From Lama guanicoe (lineage: Eukaryota): a stretch of 64,000 nucleotides of DNA. The notes beneath the pieces are model-generated. The model ran no database searches, had not been told where the DNA came from, and worked only from the letters and a program-made list of their open reading frames with translations. The stretch lies in contig MU054338.1 of assembly GCA_013239625.1 (NCBI GenBank), forward strand, positions 4,998,724 to 5,062,723. The letters are read 5' to 3'. The translations under genes and the position numbers were made by a program. Below are positions 43,705 through 56,639 of the stretch, in pieces (the stretch's first letter is position 1; the number at the start of each line of letters is the position of its first letter).

Positions 43705-45917
43705 CTCAGCTAAAACAAGATGTGAACCCACAGCATGCATAAGATAGATGAAGGCCCTTTTCTCTTCATCTGTCTTAGAGAGATAGACGAAGCACAGAAA
43801 ACACAGCCAGGCCAGCAGTCTGAGGCACAGGGAGCTTTAGGAGCCCGGAGGACATAGTGATATACTCAGCCTGGGGCAGTCAGGGAAGGCTTCCTGGAGG
43901 AGGTGAAGCTTAAGAGAATGAAAATTAAGAGAAGTCCAGGAAGGGAGGGAAGGGTGCAGTGGAGGCAAAGGCAAGAGGGTGGAATAGAGCCGAAGGGAAA
44001 GGGTCTTGAGGGATGATAGTCTGAGAGCCACATGGGACCTCAGTGAGGATTTGGTCCCCACTAGGGTGACGGGAAACTACAGAAGAGATCTGAGCAGGGG
44101 CAAGTGGGGGCCCGAGTTTAATGTTGGCGATGAGGCTCAGCTGGGGTGGGAGCCCTGGTGTCTGGGAAAGTTGGGTATAGTGCCCCCCAGGGGAGCACTA
44201 CTTATTTCCATCCTGTCCCCTCTGGTGATGTGACCAGTCCAAGGTCAGGACCAGGAGGGCGCTGGCAGACACGGGACCTCCAGGGTCCTCCTTCCCCACC
44301 CACTGAAGACTTGGGCCTGATTTTGAGGTCACCTATCCTTTTGAGAATTCAGGGAAATCTAAGGGCACTCTTCCCAGAAAAATCCCACACACCGTTTTGC
44401 AGGTGGGGCTTTGGAGAAGCAAAAGAACCCTCTGATGCATCAGTTCTAAGATTTACATGAAACTCCTAACCAGGCAGAAGGATAGACGTGCAATGTCGTC
44501 GAGTACAAGGGGTGCTGGGGGAAAGTGGGTCGTCTCAGGCCCTGAGACGGCCCGCCCTGGATGCAGGGCTCCCCATGTGGCTTTGGGGAGGGGGGAGTGG
44601 GAGGGAGGTGGTTTTAAGGTTCAACATTTAAACTCTCCTGCCTGGGAAGTGGCGGTTTCCCTCCGGGACCCGCTTATGTAGGTAAGGGCTGTGAGCACCA
44701 GAAGGCGCTGTGGCTCAGTCGGCAGGTTGCTTTGCTCGTTCGCGTCTGTAACTGGAGATTGGGTGACCCTAATTAGAGGCGGGGGGGGTCGGGGGTGGGG
44801 TGGGAAGTAGGTCACGAGTTACTCAGTCGTTCTCAGCGGCAACGAAACTCTGTTGCTTAAATCACCTCGGCCTCTACCCCTTGTTTGTACGTAGATGACG
44901 GGAAGTCCCCCACCCAAGGACGTGTTGATTTCACAAATAGTCAAGAGCCCCGCCCCCCGCCCCACCCCCCGGACACACACACCATGGGCCAGAGCAGCCG
45001 GTAGTGGCAGGGCCCCCGCTGCGACCCAGGCACCATGCCAAGCCCTCCGCATGCAAAGAGCAGAATTCTCAAAACCCACCTATGAGAATAAAATCCAGCC
45101 TCTTTCTGCATCCTGTGACGACGCATCACCCCAGGGGCTCCATACTATTAACGTCGCTACAATTGGCAGTGGGATGTAGGGGGCGGAGAGGTGTCCCCTG
45201 GTCCCCAACCACTCTCCACACAAAGGTGTTAGCAGCCATCGATTCCTGCCACCTGGACCCTCTTGAGGATTATTTTCAACGTTTTCATTCCTTTCGCTGT
45301 AATTAGCTAGGGTCCTTCTCGAAAGAACTACCCCTCAGGAACTACTGTAGTCGGTTTCTATGGAAAGTAACAACCCAATGCTTTTTCTCATGTGTTATTT
45401 GTGGATGTGGGGGATCCCCAGGAGGCAGCTGGACACGAACCCACCCGGGAGGCCTCGGGTGGGAACAGAGCCCAGAGTCACCTGTGGTCACGTTACAAGC
45501 TTATAGGAAGCACCCAGGAACCACTGGCTACCACAGTGATAATAATATATTACTACAATATTAGCATATACTATAGTAAAATATTATTCATATAATAATA
45601 AATTATGATTTTTTAACACTCAGTTGGTCCAGCCTTGGGCTAGGCGGTGGTTCTCAGGATGTGCTAGGAGAGACGGCTCCACAAAATGAGAAAAAAAAGG
45701 ATTGCTCAGGCCAATTTCAGTGCTTTGGAAGGTCGGAGGGCACCCCCGGGGGTGGGGGTGAGCACTGATGTTCAGGGACACATCAGAGGGTCATAGTTCT
45801 TAGCGCGTGCTGTGCAGGGCAGGGGCTCTTCTAGGAAAACACCTCATCCAAGTAATGGGAGGGAAAGGTTTGTGATCTTGAGCTTGTTCTATGTTTAAAA
45901 AAAACAAAGAACAAAAA

Positions 45918-46481
45918 AACATTACAATAGCCAAGACATGGAAACAACCAAATGTCCATCGACAGATGACTGGATAAAGAAGATGTGGTATATATACATA
46001 AACACACACACATACATATGTACACAATGGAATACTACTCAGTCATAAAAAATGATAAAATAATGCCATTTGAAGCAACATGGATGGATCTAGAGATTAT
46101 CATACTAAGTGAAGTAAGTTAGAAAGAGAAAGACAAATACCATATGATATCTCACCTATATGTGGAGTCTGAAAAATGATTCAAATGAACTTATTTGCAA
46201 AACAGAAACAGACTCACATAGAGACACAGAAAGCAAACTTATGGTTACCAGAGGGGAAAGAATAAGTTGGGAATTTGGGATTTGCAGATGCTAATTACTA
46301 TCTATAAAACAGATAAACAAAGAGTTTCTTCTGTAGGGCACAGGAAACTATATTCAGTAGCTTGCATTAACTTACAACGAAAAAGAATATGAAAACGCAT
46401 ATATGTAAGTATACAGGTGACTGAAACATTATGCTGTACACCAGAAATTGACACAACATTGTAAACTGACTATACTTCAAT

Positions 46482-46512
<31 letters not shown>

Positions 46513-46513
46513 C
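45918..46513 (+). mobile_element. LINE-1 3' end with (AAAAC)n tail
   Basis: acaatagccaagacatggaaacaacc...gactggataaagaagatgtgg...aatggaatactactcag...gtaaactgactatacttcAATAAA followed by (aaaac)n. Confidence 0.9.
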
Positions 46514-47154
46514 GTGAGGGTCCCAGGCATGCTGGAGCTGCCAGCTGGGTCAGGAGGGGTGGTGGTGGGATGGTGAAGCCCCCAGATACCCCGGGGCAGA
46601 ACAGAAGTACCGAGACCTCTGAGGGAGGGTCTGAGTGGCCCCCAGGGCAGGAAGGGGAAGTCATTGTGACTCAAGCAAAGCTGTGGAAGGGAGAAAGGTG
46701 AAGAAGAGAGAGGGCCAGCCTCCCAGGGGGACCCAGAAGTCAGGAAATAGAGCAACCTTCCCCCCCTTTTTTTTTTTGGTTAAGTTGCTCAAAATTTGAA
46801 AACTCAAGTTAACCAACAGCTGCTGCCAAGAACATTGTGAAAAGCATCGGGGGGTGAGGTGAGGAAACCACCCTGCGAGCAGGAAGGTTCTGTTCCAGTT
46901 GAGGGGAGCACCATGGGAGTCCCCAGGGCTGAGGTTTTTGAGGGGACAGGACAGAGAGAGGAAGTCCTGGCTGGGGGTCCCTCCACCTTGAGGGACCACA
47001 ATTCTCTGAAACCACTCAGAGTCTCAGTCCCATTCAGCGGCTGAGGCAATTCTGGGAAAATAATGATAAAAAAGGGACACTGATGAAATATTCACTATGT
47101 GCCTCATTCTCTGTTGTCTACACAGATTCACACAAAGTCCTCACTTGATGGCAT

Positions 47155-48195
47155 AAGTCAGATGGAGAAAGACTGTATGATCTCACTTATATGTGGAATC
47201 TATTTTTCCCCCAGTTTTGTTGAGATAAATTTAAGACGTAGTGATTTAATTCATATATACTGATAAAATAAATGTTCACATATTGTCGTGTGAGGAAGTC
47301 ATTCTGGCTTATTCATGAGTTTAGCTTGAATTTTATGCTAACTAGAACAGCCCGTTTAAGGCTTATCAAACACACACTGTGCATCTGCTTTAATTATTTT
47401 GTTTTGCCGTCTCCCAGGCTATAGTTTTCAGTTTGGCTCAAAAAAAAAAACACAACTCTTTCCTATTCCTGTTCCAGTTTTACTGATTATTTTCATCGAC
47501 AATAGATTGCAAAATGATCATCACAATAAGGTTAGATGGCACATCTAACAGCCCCTCACATAGTTACCGAGTGTGTGTGTGTGGTGAGAACTTTTAAATT
47601 CTACTGTCTGACAACTTTGAAATACACAATACACAGTATGGTTAACTAGAGTCATCATGTTGTATGTTACACCCCCAGAATGTATTCGTTGTTTAACTGG
47701 AAGTTTGGACCACCTTCACCCATTCCCCCCCGACCCTGTCCCCACAGCCCTGGCAATCACCCAGCTGTTCTCTGTTTCTATGAGTTTGGTCTTTTTAAGA
47801 TTTACATGCGGAATCTAAAAAAGCTAAGTTCATAGAAACAGAGAATAGAATGGTGGTACCCAGGGGTTGGAGGGGGTGGTGTGGAGGAAACAGGATGATG
47901 TTGATCAAAGGGGACAAACTTCCAGTTAGAAGATGAATAAATTCTGGAGATCTAATGCTCAGCATGGTGACTCATTAACAATACTGTTTTGTGTCCTTGA
48001 AAGTTGCTAAGAGAGTGGATCTTCAATGTCCTCACCCCACAAAGACACAAAAAGGTAACTACAGGAGGTGTTAGAGATGTGAACTAACCTTATGTGGTAA
48101 TCATTTTGTAATATACACATGTATCACATTGTCATGTTGTACACCGTAAACTCACACAATGTTATGAGTCAATTGAATCTCAAAAAAGCTGGGGG
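47155..48195. mobile_element. Nested cluster: L1MA-type 3' fragment (+) interrupted by an antisense L1 3' fragment (about 47203-47801), itself interrupted by a deleted LTR (about 47261-47501)
   Basis: The outer L1 text resumes after a duplicated ttatatgtggaatcta (47187-47202) / ttacatgcggaatcta (47802-47817). The inner TG...CA segment is the reverse complement of parts of 50605-51643. Confidence 0.7.
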
Positions 48196-49009
48196 GAGAA
48201 AAGCACTCACTTAATCTTCACCCAGGCCCTGTGAGATCATCCCTAAGAATAATCCCATTTGACAGATGGGGAAACTGAGGCCCAGAGGTGCTTAGCCACT
48301 TGCTCAAAGCCATGAAGCTAGTAAGTGGCTGAGCTGGGACTCGATCCCTGCAAGGGGGCTGCAGCCTCCTCAGGCATCATCACCACTACAGCATCCTTGA
48401 AACTCGCTGGCATCTGCTTTTATTGCTTGGATGCACCTGGCTGGGGAGGGAGGGCAGGTATGGAAGGAAGGATCTGGGGCGACAGCTCGTCTAAGAACCG
48501 GGCTGGGTAAAGGGGGTTCCACAAAACTGTTCCTGCCTGCCCCTTACTTTGCCCTCCATGTATTCCTCCTCAACCCACTCCTTGTACCCCCCACCTCATG
48601 GCATGGGTGGGAAAATGTCTTGGTTAAAAGTAAGGACTTTGGCATCTGGTAAATCTGGATCTGAACTCTCCCCTTTGGCAGTGACTCAGCCTCATCCAGT
48701 GTCAGTTTCCCATCTGTGAAATGAGGAACGTGGTGGAGGCTGTCAGGAAGCTGTGGCCAGACTCTCCGCTTCATCCCCACACCGTTCTCTTTTAGTCACT
48801 GTTTCTCAACTGGGGAGGGGGTATGCAGCTTACTTCCTAACCCCTTCCTCATTTCTTGATTACTCCAGGTGAGTAGGAATATTGGGGAACTTTTCTAAAC
48901 TTCTGTATTCTTTGAATGCCTTCCTACATAGGGACATTTCATTTCTGTCAATTTCTTTCAAAGAAAAAGAAAAGCAGCAGGAATATTTTCAAAAAACAGT
49001 TGCTTCCCT

Positions 49010-49099
49010 CCCCCCTTTTTTTAATAGAAGTACTGGGGATTAAACCCAGGACCTCATGCAGGCTAAGCATGCACTCTACCACTGAGTTTTACTCTCCCC
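49010..49099 (-). mobile_element. tRNA-Ala-derived SINE (Vic-1-like)
   Basis: gtactggggattaaacccaggacctcatgcaggctaagcatgcactctaccactgag, the reverse complement of the SINE head. Confidence 0.85.
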
Positions 49100-50604
49100 T
49101 GTTCTCTTTCTCTCTCTCTTTTTTTTTTAATAAAGGAAAACTGGGACAGCGACTGTGGCTATCAGGGGAGCCCCCATCCCTCACTTCTTAGGGTTAAAAT
49201 GTGCAGTTCTGGGAATCAGATTGCCTGGGCTCAAATCCCAGCTCCTCCACCAACTGGCTGTGTGACCCCAGGGCAAGTCACTTAACCTCTCTGGACCTCA
49301 GCATCCTCTTTTGTGAAGTAGAGCCAATAATCATATCTACCTGACCGGGTGCTGGCGGTGATTAAGTGAGGTCATATGTGTAAATAGCTCAACACAAGGT
49401 TAAGCATTCAGCAAACAGTTGACATGATCATATCAGAACTGGCCAGAGAGCACCCAGATGAAGGACCAAGCATATTCTTCAAGGAAGCGAGAGGCTCAAG
49501 GAGCCGGGGAACCCTGAGAGGCAGGTGTGGGTCTCCGCAAAGGAAAATCTCTGAGTGGTTAACACTGGGAGTCGCCAGAATTCTCACTACCCAAACTCAA
49601 GGCTCTGTCTGGCCCCAAGGTCCTACCAGAGCCACCTACCTGTCCTCTCCCGACTTGTGCTGCCCACAGGTGCTCAGGCTCCCATTCTGCAAGGTGGATC
49701 CCACCCCCCAGCCCCGGGGCCCCAGGTCAGAAGTGTTTATGGAAAAGAGGCCAGGCTCTCCAGCTTTTGCTAAAGAAATGTGGCAGTGTTCCAAGGCTTT
49801 TACTTTAATTTTCTGACATTCACGTGGAACAGGAAGCAAGTGTCAATGGTTCTTTTCTGATTTGGCCACCTGTCATTGCGACATCATCAGCAGGCCAAGT
49901 GATTTAGCAAGACAACCAATCAGAAGCACAGGGGGCCTCTGCATGTCAACTTTACAGGAAGTGGCAACAGCTTCCAGTCTTCAGGGTGATAACAGGCCCT
50001 TTTTGTCCAAAATAACTTCAAGGACAGATGTATATTAATAGAGGCGAGAACAAGCTGGTAACACTTATGAATATTCACAAGGTCTGCAGTGCACAGGAAA
50101 TCCACTTGTATGGGGCAGAAAAATTCTCCCCCTCTGTGGCTTCAGGACACAGATTTCTTTCAAATCTTTGGGAAACTCCCCCCCCCATTATAATTTAAAT
50201 TATAAGTATTTGGTGGTGATGGTTACACAACTGTATGCCTTTGTCAAAATTCATAGAGCTCAGTAAAAAGGGTGCATTTTACTGTGAGTAAACTACACCT
50301 TATTTTTTTAAACCCAATACTTGGGGAAATCAAAACATTCATGCAGCATGCAGGTATATACACTTGTCAAAATGCATCCAACTGAACACTTAAGATAGAT
50401 GCGTTTTATTGTATGGAAATTATAATTCAATAAAATTGACCTTAGCAAATTATAAGTATGTGATTATTCTATTGTACATTTTAAAGATCTAACTCTAGAA
50501 TTTTATTAGGTAGTATTAGATGCAAAATTAAGGGCACTAGAGCTCAATTTTGCTGGTAGAAATCAGGGAGAATGAAAGGATTTTTAAAAAGAGAATTAAG
50601 AGAC

Positions 50605-51643
50605 TGTTGATGAAAATAATCAGCAAGTAATAGTAGATGTCAACTGAAAAATGTACAACCTAAAAGTTGAGAATTGCATTTTATTTGGTGGACAAAACTG
50701 AGGACTTAAGACCAGGAGACAGCTCTCAGATCGCTCTGAGGGACTGCTCCAAAGAGGCAGGGAAGGAGCCAGGATATACAGGAGTTTTGCAACAAAAACC
50801 ACGTAGTTGGAACATCAAAAGATTATTGTTAATTAAAGAAAACAAGACATATCAAGTTAATGAATTCAGTGCTTCTCCTTGTATGGGAAGGTGCAAGAGT
50901 CTGGGCTCAGTGAAATCATTCCTTTGACGTGCACCTTAGCTATCCAGGGCCAGTATCCTCCTGTTCTTTCCCGTCCTGAGATCCCCCTGGGTGCAGCGTT
51001 GGGGATGGCCGCCGTGGCCAAGGGCTTGCTGGTGGCATCCTGTTTCCATCATGACTTCCCTTCCTCAAGGCTCACCACTGGGGGCAGCTATAGTGGCTGA
51101 TGGCTTGATGGCTGCTGTATCCTTCGTTTACTGATACGGCAGGCTATATTTTTCATCCACATAGGAATCGAAAAGTTTTATTGAGCCAAACTGAGAACTA
51201 TAGCCCGGAAGACAGCCTCTCAGATAACTCTGAGGAACTGCTCCAGAGAAGCATGGTTTTCAGCAAAGTTTTTTGTCTTGTCAGAACAAAGAGCATCGAA
51301 CAAATCAGGGATACATTCCTTCAAGATTTAAACAACAACAGCAAAGACCAGCATATACACAGCATAGAGTCAGTATGGACTTGACGCCTGGGAAGGGAGT
51401 CTTATCATCAAAGGAGTACCAGCCTTGGTGTCCCAGGAAGGGAAGCATTTAATCTTTATTTTTGACATGGACATTCTTGACATCTAGTCAATGTGCCCTT
51501 TTCTTTAATAGTTAAAGCAGATGTAGAGTGGGTGTTTGGTGGGCCACAAACAGGCTGCTTTAGCTAACATCACATTCAAGGTAACTCATGCATAAGCCAA
51601 AATGACTTCCTCAAACCTCAATGTGTGAACATTCCTTTCATCT
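50605..51643 (-). mobile_element. ERV solo LTR with a second solo LTR (50638-51161) inserted inside it
   Basis: The inner element is bounded TGT...ACA with TAGA/TAGG flanks. Both elements have AATAAA on the minus strand (about 50680 and 51177). The outer sequence is colinear with the copy at 47261-47501. Confidence 0.7.
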
Positions 51644-51912
51644 GGCCAATCTAAAGCTCTTCCCCGACACTGAACGAATGGTTGTCAAACTGGGTCTCCA
51701 GAGAACCCCAGGGGTTCTATACCCCTCCCCGCTTTTCACCCAACCTGTGGTCAGAGCTCCCAACTTCTGCACCCTTCAAAAGCTTTTCCCTGAAACGTTC
51801 TGAGACTAAAGGGTTTTGAAAAATGCGAGCTTTCCAAGAATGATTTTTGCCACTTCCCAAGCTACCCTGTGCCCCAGCTAGGTCTGGGGGTCTTCAAGAA
51901 AGAGAGCCTCTG

Positions 51913-52380
51913 TGTAACCAAGCAGGACCCTGTGGGGCCTTCCAGGGACAGACCCCTCCCCCATGTCCTCTGCTGCAGCTCCTCTCTGAAGCACCCAGAT
52001 AATAGCATCTCATGTATATTTCCTGAGTTTTTCAGATGCTAAAAATCACCACCAAAGGGAAGAAATGAACTACTTGATTATTCATAGCATGTGGCCCCCA
52101 GACCTCCTGGTGCCTAGGGGTTGATAGTATTGACCACCCTGTTCCCTCCAAATCACTTAATCAGAGGATTGTGCATGAGTTGATCACATACCCTGCAACC
52201 CCCTCCCTCACCTGGCCTTTCAATATGCTTTGCTGAAACCCTTTGGGGACTTTGGGGTTCTCTTGGGCATGAGCCACCCTGTCCTCCTTTCTCGGCCCTG
52301 CAATAAACCTTTCTCTGCTCCAGACTCCAGCGTTTCAATTTTTTTGGCCTCATGGTGCAGCAGGCACATGAACTTGCCTC
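51913..52380 (+). mobile_element. ERV solo LTR
   Basis: Starts tgtaaccaagcaggaccctgtggggccttcc (shared with 60865) and has AATAAA at about 52302 followed by U5-like text. Confidence 0.65.
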
Positions 52381-52679
52381 TGGAATTCATTTATTCCAAC
52401 CAGGCTCTCTGCCTTCCCACCCCACAGGTTTTCTTTCAGTTCCTCACACTGGTACACGGTGTCCCACCCCAGAGCTTTAGGATATGCAGTTCCCTCCACC
52501 CAGAAAGCCCCTGCTGGCCTGTTCTCCTGGTGAACTCTTGCTCAGTTGCTCCAGTTGCTGCCCAGCCATCTCTTCCTCCATAAGAACTTTCCTAGATTCC
52601 TCCACTGGAGAACAGATTTTTTTTTGCAGGGAGAGATATAGTTGATTTACAATGTCAGATTTGTTTCAGGTGTACAACA

Positions 52680-53201
52680 TGGTTGGGAGGCCAATGGGAG
52701 CCCTTCAAAGTCCAATGACCATCATTCCTTGGCTCCCAGATGTCTGCCTGCAATCCCTCAAAAGATAAGGTGCATTCTTTCCTGACATGTGTCTGCCCCA
52801 GCACAACTAATAGCCTAAGGAAATGGTCACTCTCACAATAGCTCAGGCTGGTTTATTTCAACCCATGTCTCCTCCTTATCGGAATCATAAATCCCACTGC
52901 CCTTTCAGGGACCCTAACTTTCTCAACTCACCTAAACCAATTGGAAACTTGTGTGTGAACTGATCACACACACTGTGACCCCCTGTGTGCCTGATGTCAC
53001 GTAAGCACAAGGAGTCAAATTCTACCCTCCCTTATAAAAGACCTCAGCAACCAACCCTCGGTGCACATACAGGCAGCTCTTGTCTGCGTGGCCCACTGTT
53101 TTCTGCGGCAGCGTGTCTAATAAACTCCTTTACTATTCTCCTCCTTTGTCTCTGGTAAATTCTTTTACCGCCTGCTCACCGGCCTGACGGATCCTACGAC
53201 A
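52680..53201 (+). mobile_element. ERV solo LTR inserted into an antisense L1 3' end
   Basis: Interrupts the L1 phrase tttcaggtgtacaaca|..gtgattca. Has CCAAT 52937, TATAAAA 53033 and AATAAA 53119, and ends ..cgaca. Confidence 0.7.
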
Positions 53202-54520
53202 ACTGTGATTCAAAATTTTTTTGTAGATGATACTCTATTCATAGTTATTGCAAACTATTGGCTGTGTTCCCAATGCCGTACAATATATCCTTGTCGCTTA
53301 TTTATTTTATACATAGCAGTTTGTATCTCTTAATCCCTTACCCCTATCTTTCCCCTCTCCCCTCCTCACTGGTAATGTAACCACTAGTTAGTTCTCTATA
53401 TCTGTGAGACTATTTCTTTTCTATATTCACTAGTCTGTTTAATATTTTAGATTCTATATGTATTGCAATAGCATACCATACAGTATCTTTCTCCGTCTGA
53501 CTTATTTCACTAAGCATAATGCCCTCCAAGACATCCATGTTGTTGCAAATGGCAAAATTTCATTCTTTTTTGTGGCTGAGTAATATTTCATTGTATACAT
53601 ACACCACATCCTCTTTACACGTTCATCTGTCCACATACATCCGTATATATATTCTTTTTCTGTTTTTCATTATAGGTTATTATAAGATACAGTTCCCTGT
53701 GCTATACAGTGGGTCCTTGTTGTTTATTTATTTTACATATACTAGTGTGCATCTGTTAATCCCAAACTCCTGACTTTTCTCTTCCACCCCCTTTCCCCTT
53801 TGGTAACCATGAGTTTGTTTTCCATGTCTGTGAGTCTGTTCTCTTTTGTAAATAAGTTCATTCGTATAATTTTTTAAGGTTCCACATATAAGTGATATCA
53901 TATGATACTTATCTTTCTCTCTCTGACATCACTTAATAATCTCTAGGCCCATCCATGTTGCTGCAAATGATATTATTTCATTCTTTTTTATGGCTTTTTC
54001 CACAGTATATATACACACCAAATCTTCTTTATCCAATCATGTGTGGCTAGACATTTAGGTTGCTTCCATGTCTTGGCTGTTGTGACTAGTGCTGTTATGA
54101 ACATTGGGGTGCATGTATCTTTTTTAATTAGAGTTTTTGTCTTTTCTGGCTATATCTCCAGGAGTGGGATTGCTGGATCATATGGTAAGTCTATTTTTAG
54201 TTTTTAAAGGAATCTCTGTACTATTCTTCATAATGGCTGCACCAATTTACATTCCCACCAACAGAGCTGGGGGATTCCTTTTTCTCCACACTCTCCCCAG
54301 CATGTATTATTTGTAGACTTTTCAGTGATGACCATTCTGACTGATGTGAGGTGATACCTCATCGTAGCTTTGATTTGCATTTCTCTAATTAGCAATGTTG
54401 AACATCTTTCGTCATGGTTTGGATTTGCATTTCTCTTATGATTAGCAATGTTGAGCATCTTTTCATGTGCCTGTTGGCCATCTGTGTGTCTTCTTTGGAA
54501 TAATGTCTATTCAGGTCTTC
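53202..54520 (-). mobile_element. Two or more antisense LINE-1 3' fragments
   Basis: Repeated L1 3'UTR text and ORF2p residues ([34 protein letters not shown]), with an internal tandem duplication of about 50 bp at 54360-54463. Confidence 0.88.
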
Positions 54521-55734
54521 TGGAGGGGGAGCCCAGATTCTTATATCGGAAGTCCTCCCAGAACTGGGTTCCTCTGCTTCAGGGCACAAGTGACAGGTGG
54601 AATTTGAGGCTGATTGTGTGTTCTCTTGGAGTCCATCTTCCTCTGACAGGACAAACTGCAAGAGGGCAGAAAGAGTGTCCCTTTCCCTTCTATTGGATGC
54701 ACAAGGCTTAGCATCTAATCGGTGCTCAATCAACATTGCCTACACTTTGGCCCTTGGACACAGTTGTATTTACATCTGGATTCCACAGACACACATCATT
54801 TTTACTGAAATGCAACATGCATAAAGTGTGCAAATATAAGCATACAGTTCAAACATTTCACTAGCTTCCCAGAAGCCCTCTGTCTGCCCATTTTTTATCT
54901 CTACACTCACTCCCAGGAAAATGTTGTCCTCGCTTCCAACATCATAGTTTAGATTAGTTGTGCCTGGTGGGGTTTTGGGTTTTTTTTTGTCCTTTGGAAT
55001 AAATGGATTGATGTAGAATGTTCTCTGTTGTGTCTGGGTTTTTCTGCTCAACATTAGGTTGATAAGAATCCAAATGGGCGAACGAAGCTGCAAACCACAT
55101 GTTGATTTCACTTCACACTCACAGCGATTGGCCTAGTGGGGCGCCGGGGGAGGAGTTTTTTCTGTCAAGGGCTAGTTAGTAAAAGTGGTCGGCTTTGTGG
55201 GCCATGTGGTCTCTGTCACCACTTCTCAACTCTGCCAGTGATGTGCGGAGCAGCCACAGATGATATATTCAAAAGTGGGCATGGCTGTGTGCCCGGAAAA
55301 CTTTTTTTATGGACCCTAGAATTTGAATTTCCTATACTTTCCGTATGTCATTAAATATTAACTTTTTAATGATTTTCAAATGTTTAATAACTGATAATGA
55401 AAAAGAATACATATGCATAACCGAATCAATATACTGTACACCAGAAACTAACACAAGATTGTCAATCAACTATACTTCAATACAAAAAATTTAATGTGAG
55501 CACTGTTTGGCAGTTCACCAAAAAGTTAAACACAGAATTGCCATATAATCCAGCAATTCCACTCTTGGGTCTGTACCCAAAATAACTGAAAGCAGCCGCT
55601 CACAGGGATACTTGCACAGCCCGGTTCACAGCTGCACTGTTCACAGAAACCCACCTGCCCCAACGGGTGGATAAACAAGATGTGGCATGTACAAATGATT
55701 GAATATTAGCCTTAAAAAGGAATGAAGTTTTTTC

Positions 55735-55855
55735 TTTTTTGGGTGGGGGTAGGTAATTAGGTTTATTTGAGTTTTTTAATGGAGGTTCTGGGGTTTGAAC
55801 CCAGGACCTCCTGCGTGCTAAGCACACACTCTACCACTGAGCTACACCCTCCCCT
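55735..55855 (-). mobile_element. tRNA-Ala-derived SINE (Vic-1-like)
   Basis: ggaggttctggggtttgaacccaggacctcctgcgtgctaagcacacactctaccactgagctacaccctcccc. Confidence 0.85.
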
Positions 55856-56184
55856 CTAGGAGTCAAGTTCTGATACATTCTACAACATGGAGGAATCTTA
55901 AAAGATAATGCTCAGTGAAATAAGGCAGACGCAGAAGGCTAATTCCACGTATTGTAATATGAATAAATAAGCAAATTCATAAAGTAGATTGGAGGTGACC
56001 AAGGGCTGGCAGGGAGGGGAGGGTTAGAGTTTAATGGGTAGAGTTTCAGTTTGGGATGCTTAAAAAAAATTCTGGAAATGGATAGGGGTGATGATTCCAC
56101 AATATTGTGAATGGACTTAATGCCACTGAATTGTACCCTTGAAAATGGTTAAAATGGTACATTTTATGTGTATACATATATATT

Positions 56185-56312
56185 TTTGGGGGGAGAGGGA
56201 GGTAATTCAGTTTGTTTGTTTGTTTAATTTTTTTAGAGAAGGTACTGGGGATTGAACCCAGGACCTCATGCATGCTAAGCACCTGCTCTACCACTTGAGC
56301 TATATCCTACCA
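56185..56312 (-). mobile_element. tRNA-Ala-derived SINE (Vic-1-like)
   Basis: ggtactggggattgaacccaggacctcatgcatgctaagcacctgctctaccacttgagctatatcc. Confidence 0.85.
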
Positions 56313-56639
56313 CACTTTATGTATATTTTACCACAATTAAAAAAAAATCTATTCCTATTGGAAACAAACACAAACAAAAAAAAAGAAAAAGAAAAAGGAA
56401 AGAAAACCATTCTTAGCTTGTGAGTGGTACAAAAATAGACGGCTGGCTGGATTTGGCCCATGGGCTGTAACTTGCCAACATCAGTTGTAGATTGTTCCAT
56501 TGAAGGAATAGACCATGATTTTATCTCTCTGTTCTATTGTGATGGGCATTTGAGAATGAACGTGGTATGCAGTTCTCACTTCACACTCACAACGATTGAC
56601 TATTATGTTTCTCTGCCTGTCCCTCCATCTGCGGTTTCT

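Larger units (their letters stand above)
55135..56485 (+). mobile_element. MER58B-like DNA transposon split by L1 fragments and two SINEs
   Basis: The 5' part ttttctgtcaaggg...ggctttgtgggcca..ggtctctgtc...catggctgtgt (55135-55370) and the 3' part aaccattcttagc...ggatttggcccatgggc (56404-56485) flank L1 text. Confidence 0.7.

Noticed and set aside
44704..44775. tRNA-like start GGCGCTGTGGCTCAGTCGG (A-box, loosely tRNA-Thr-like)
   Set aside because: There is no GTTCRA B-box/T-loop and no acceptor-stem complement. At most it is a decayed relic; tRNAscan-SE would settle it.
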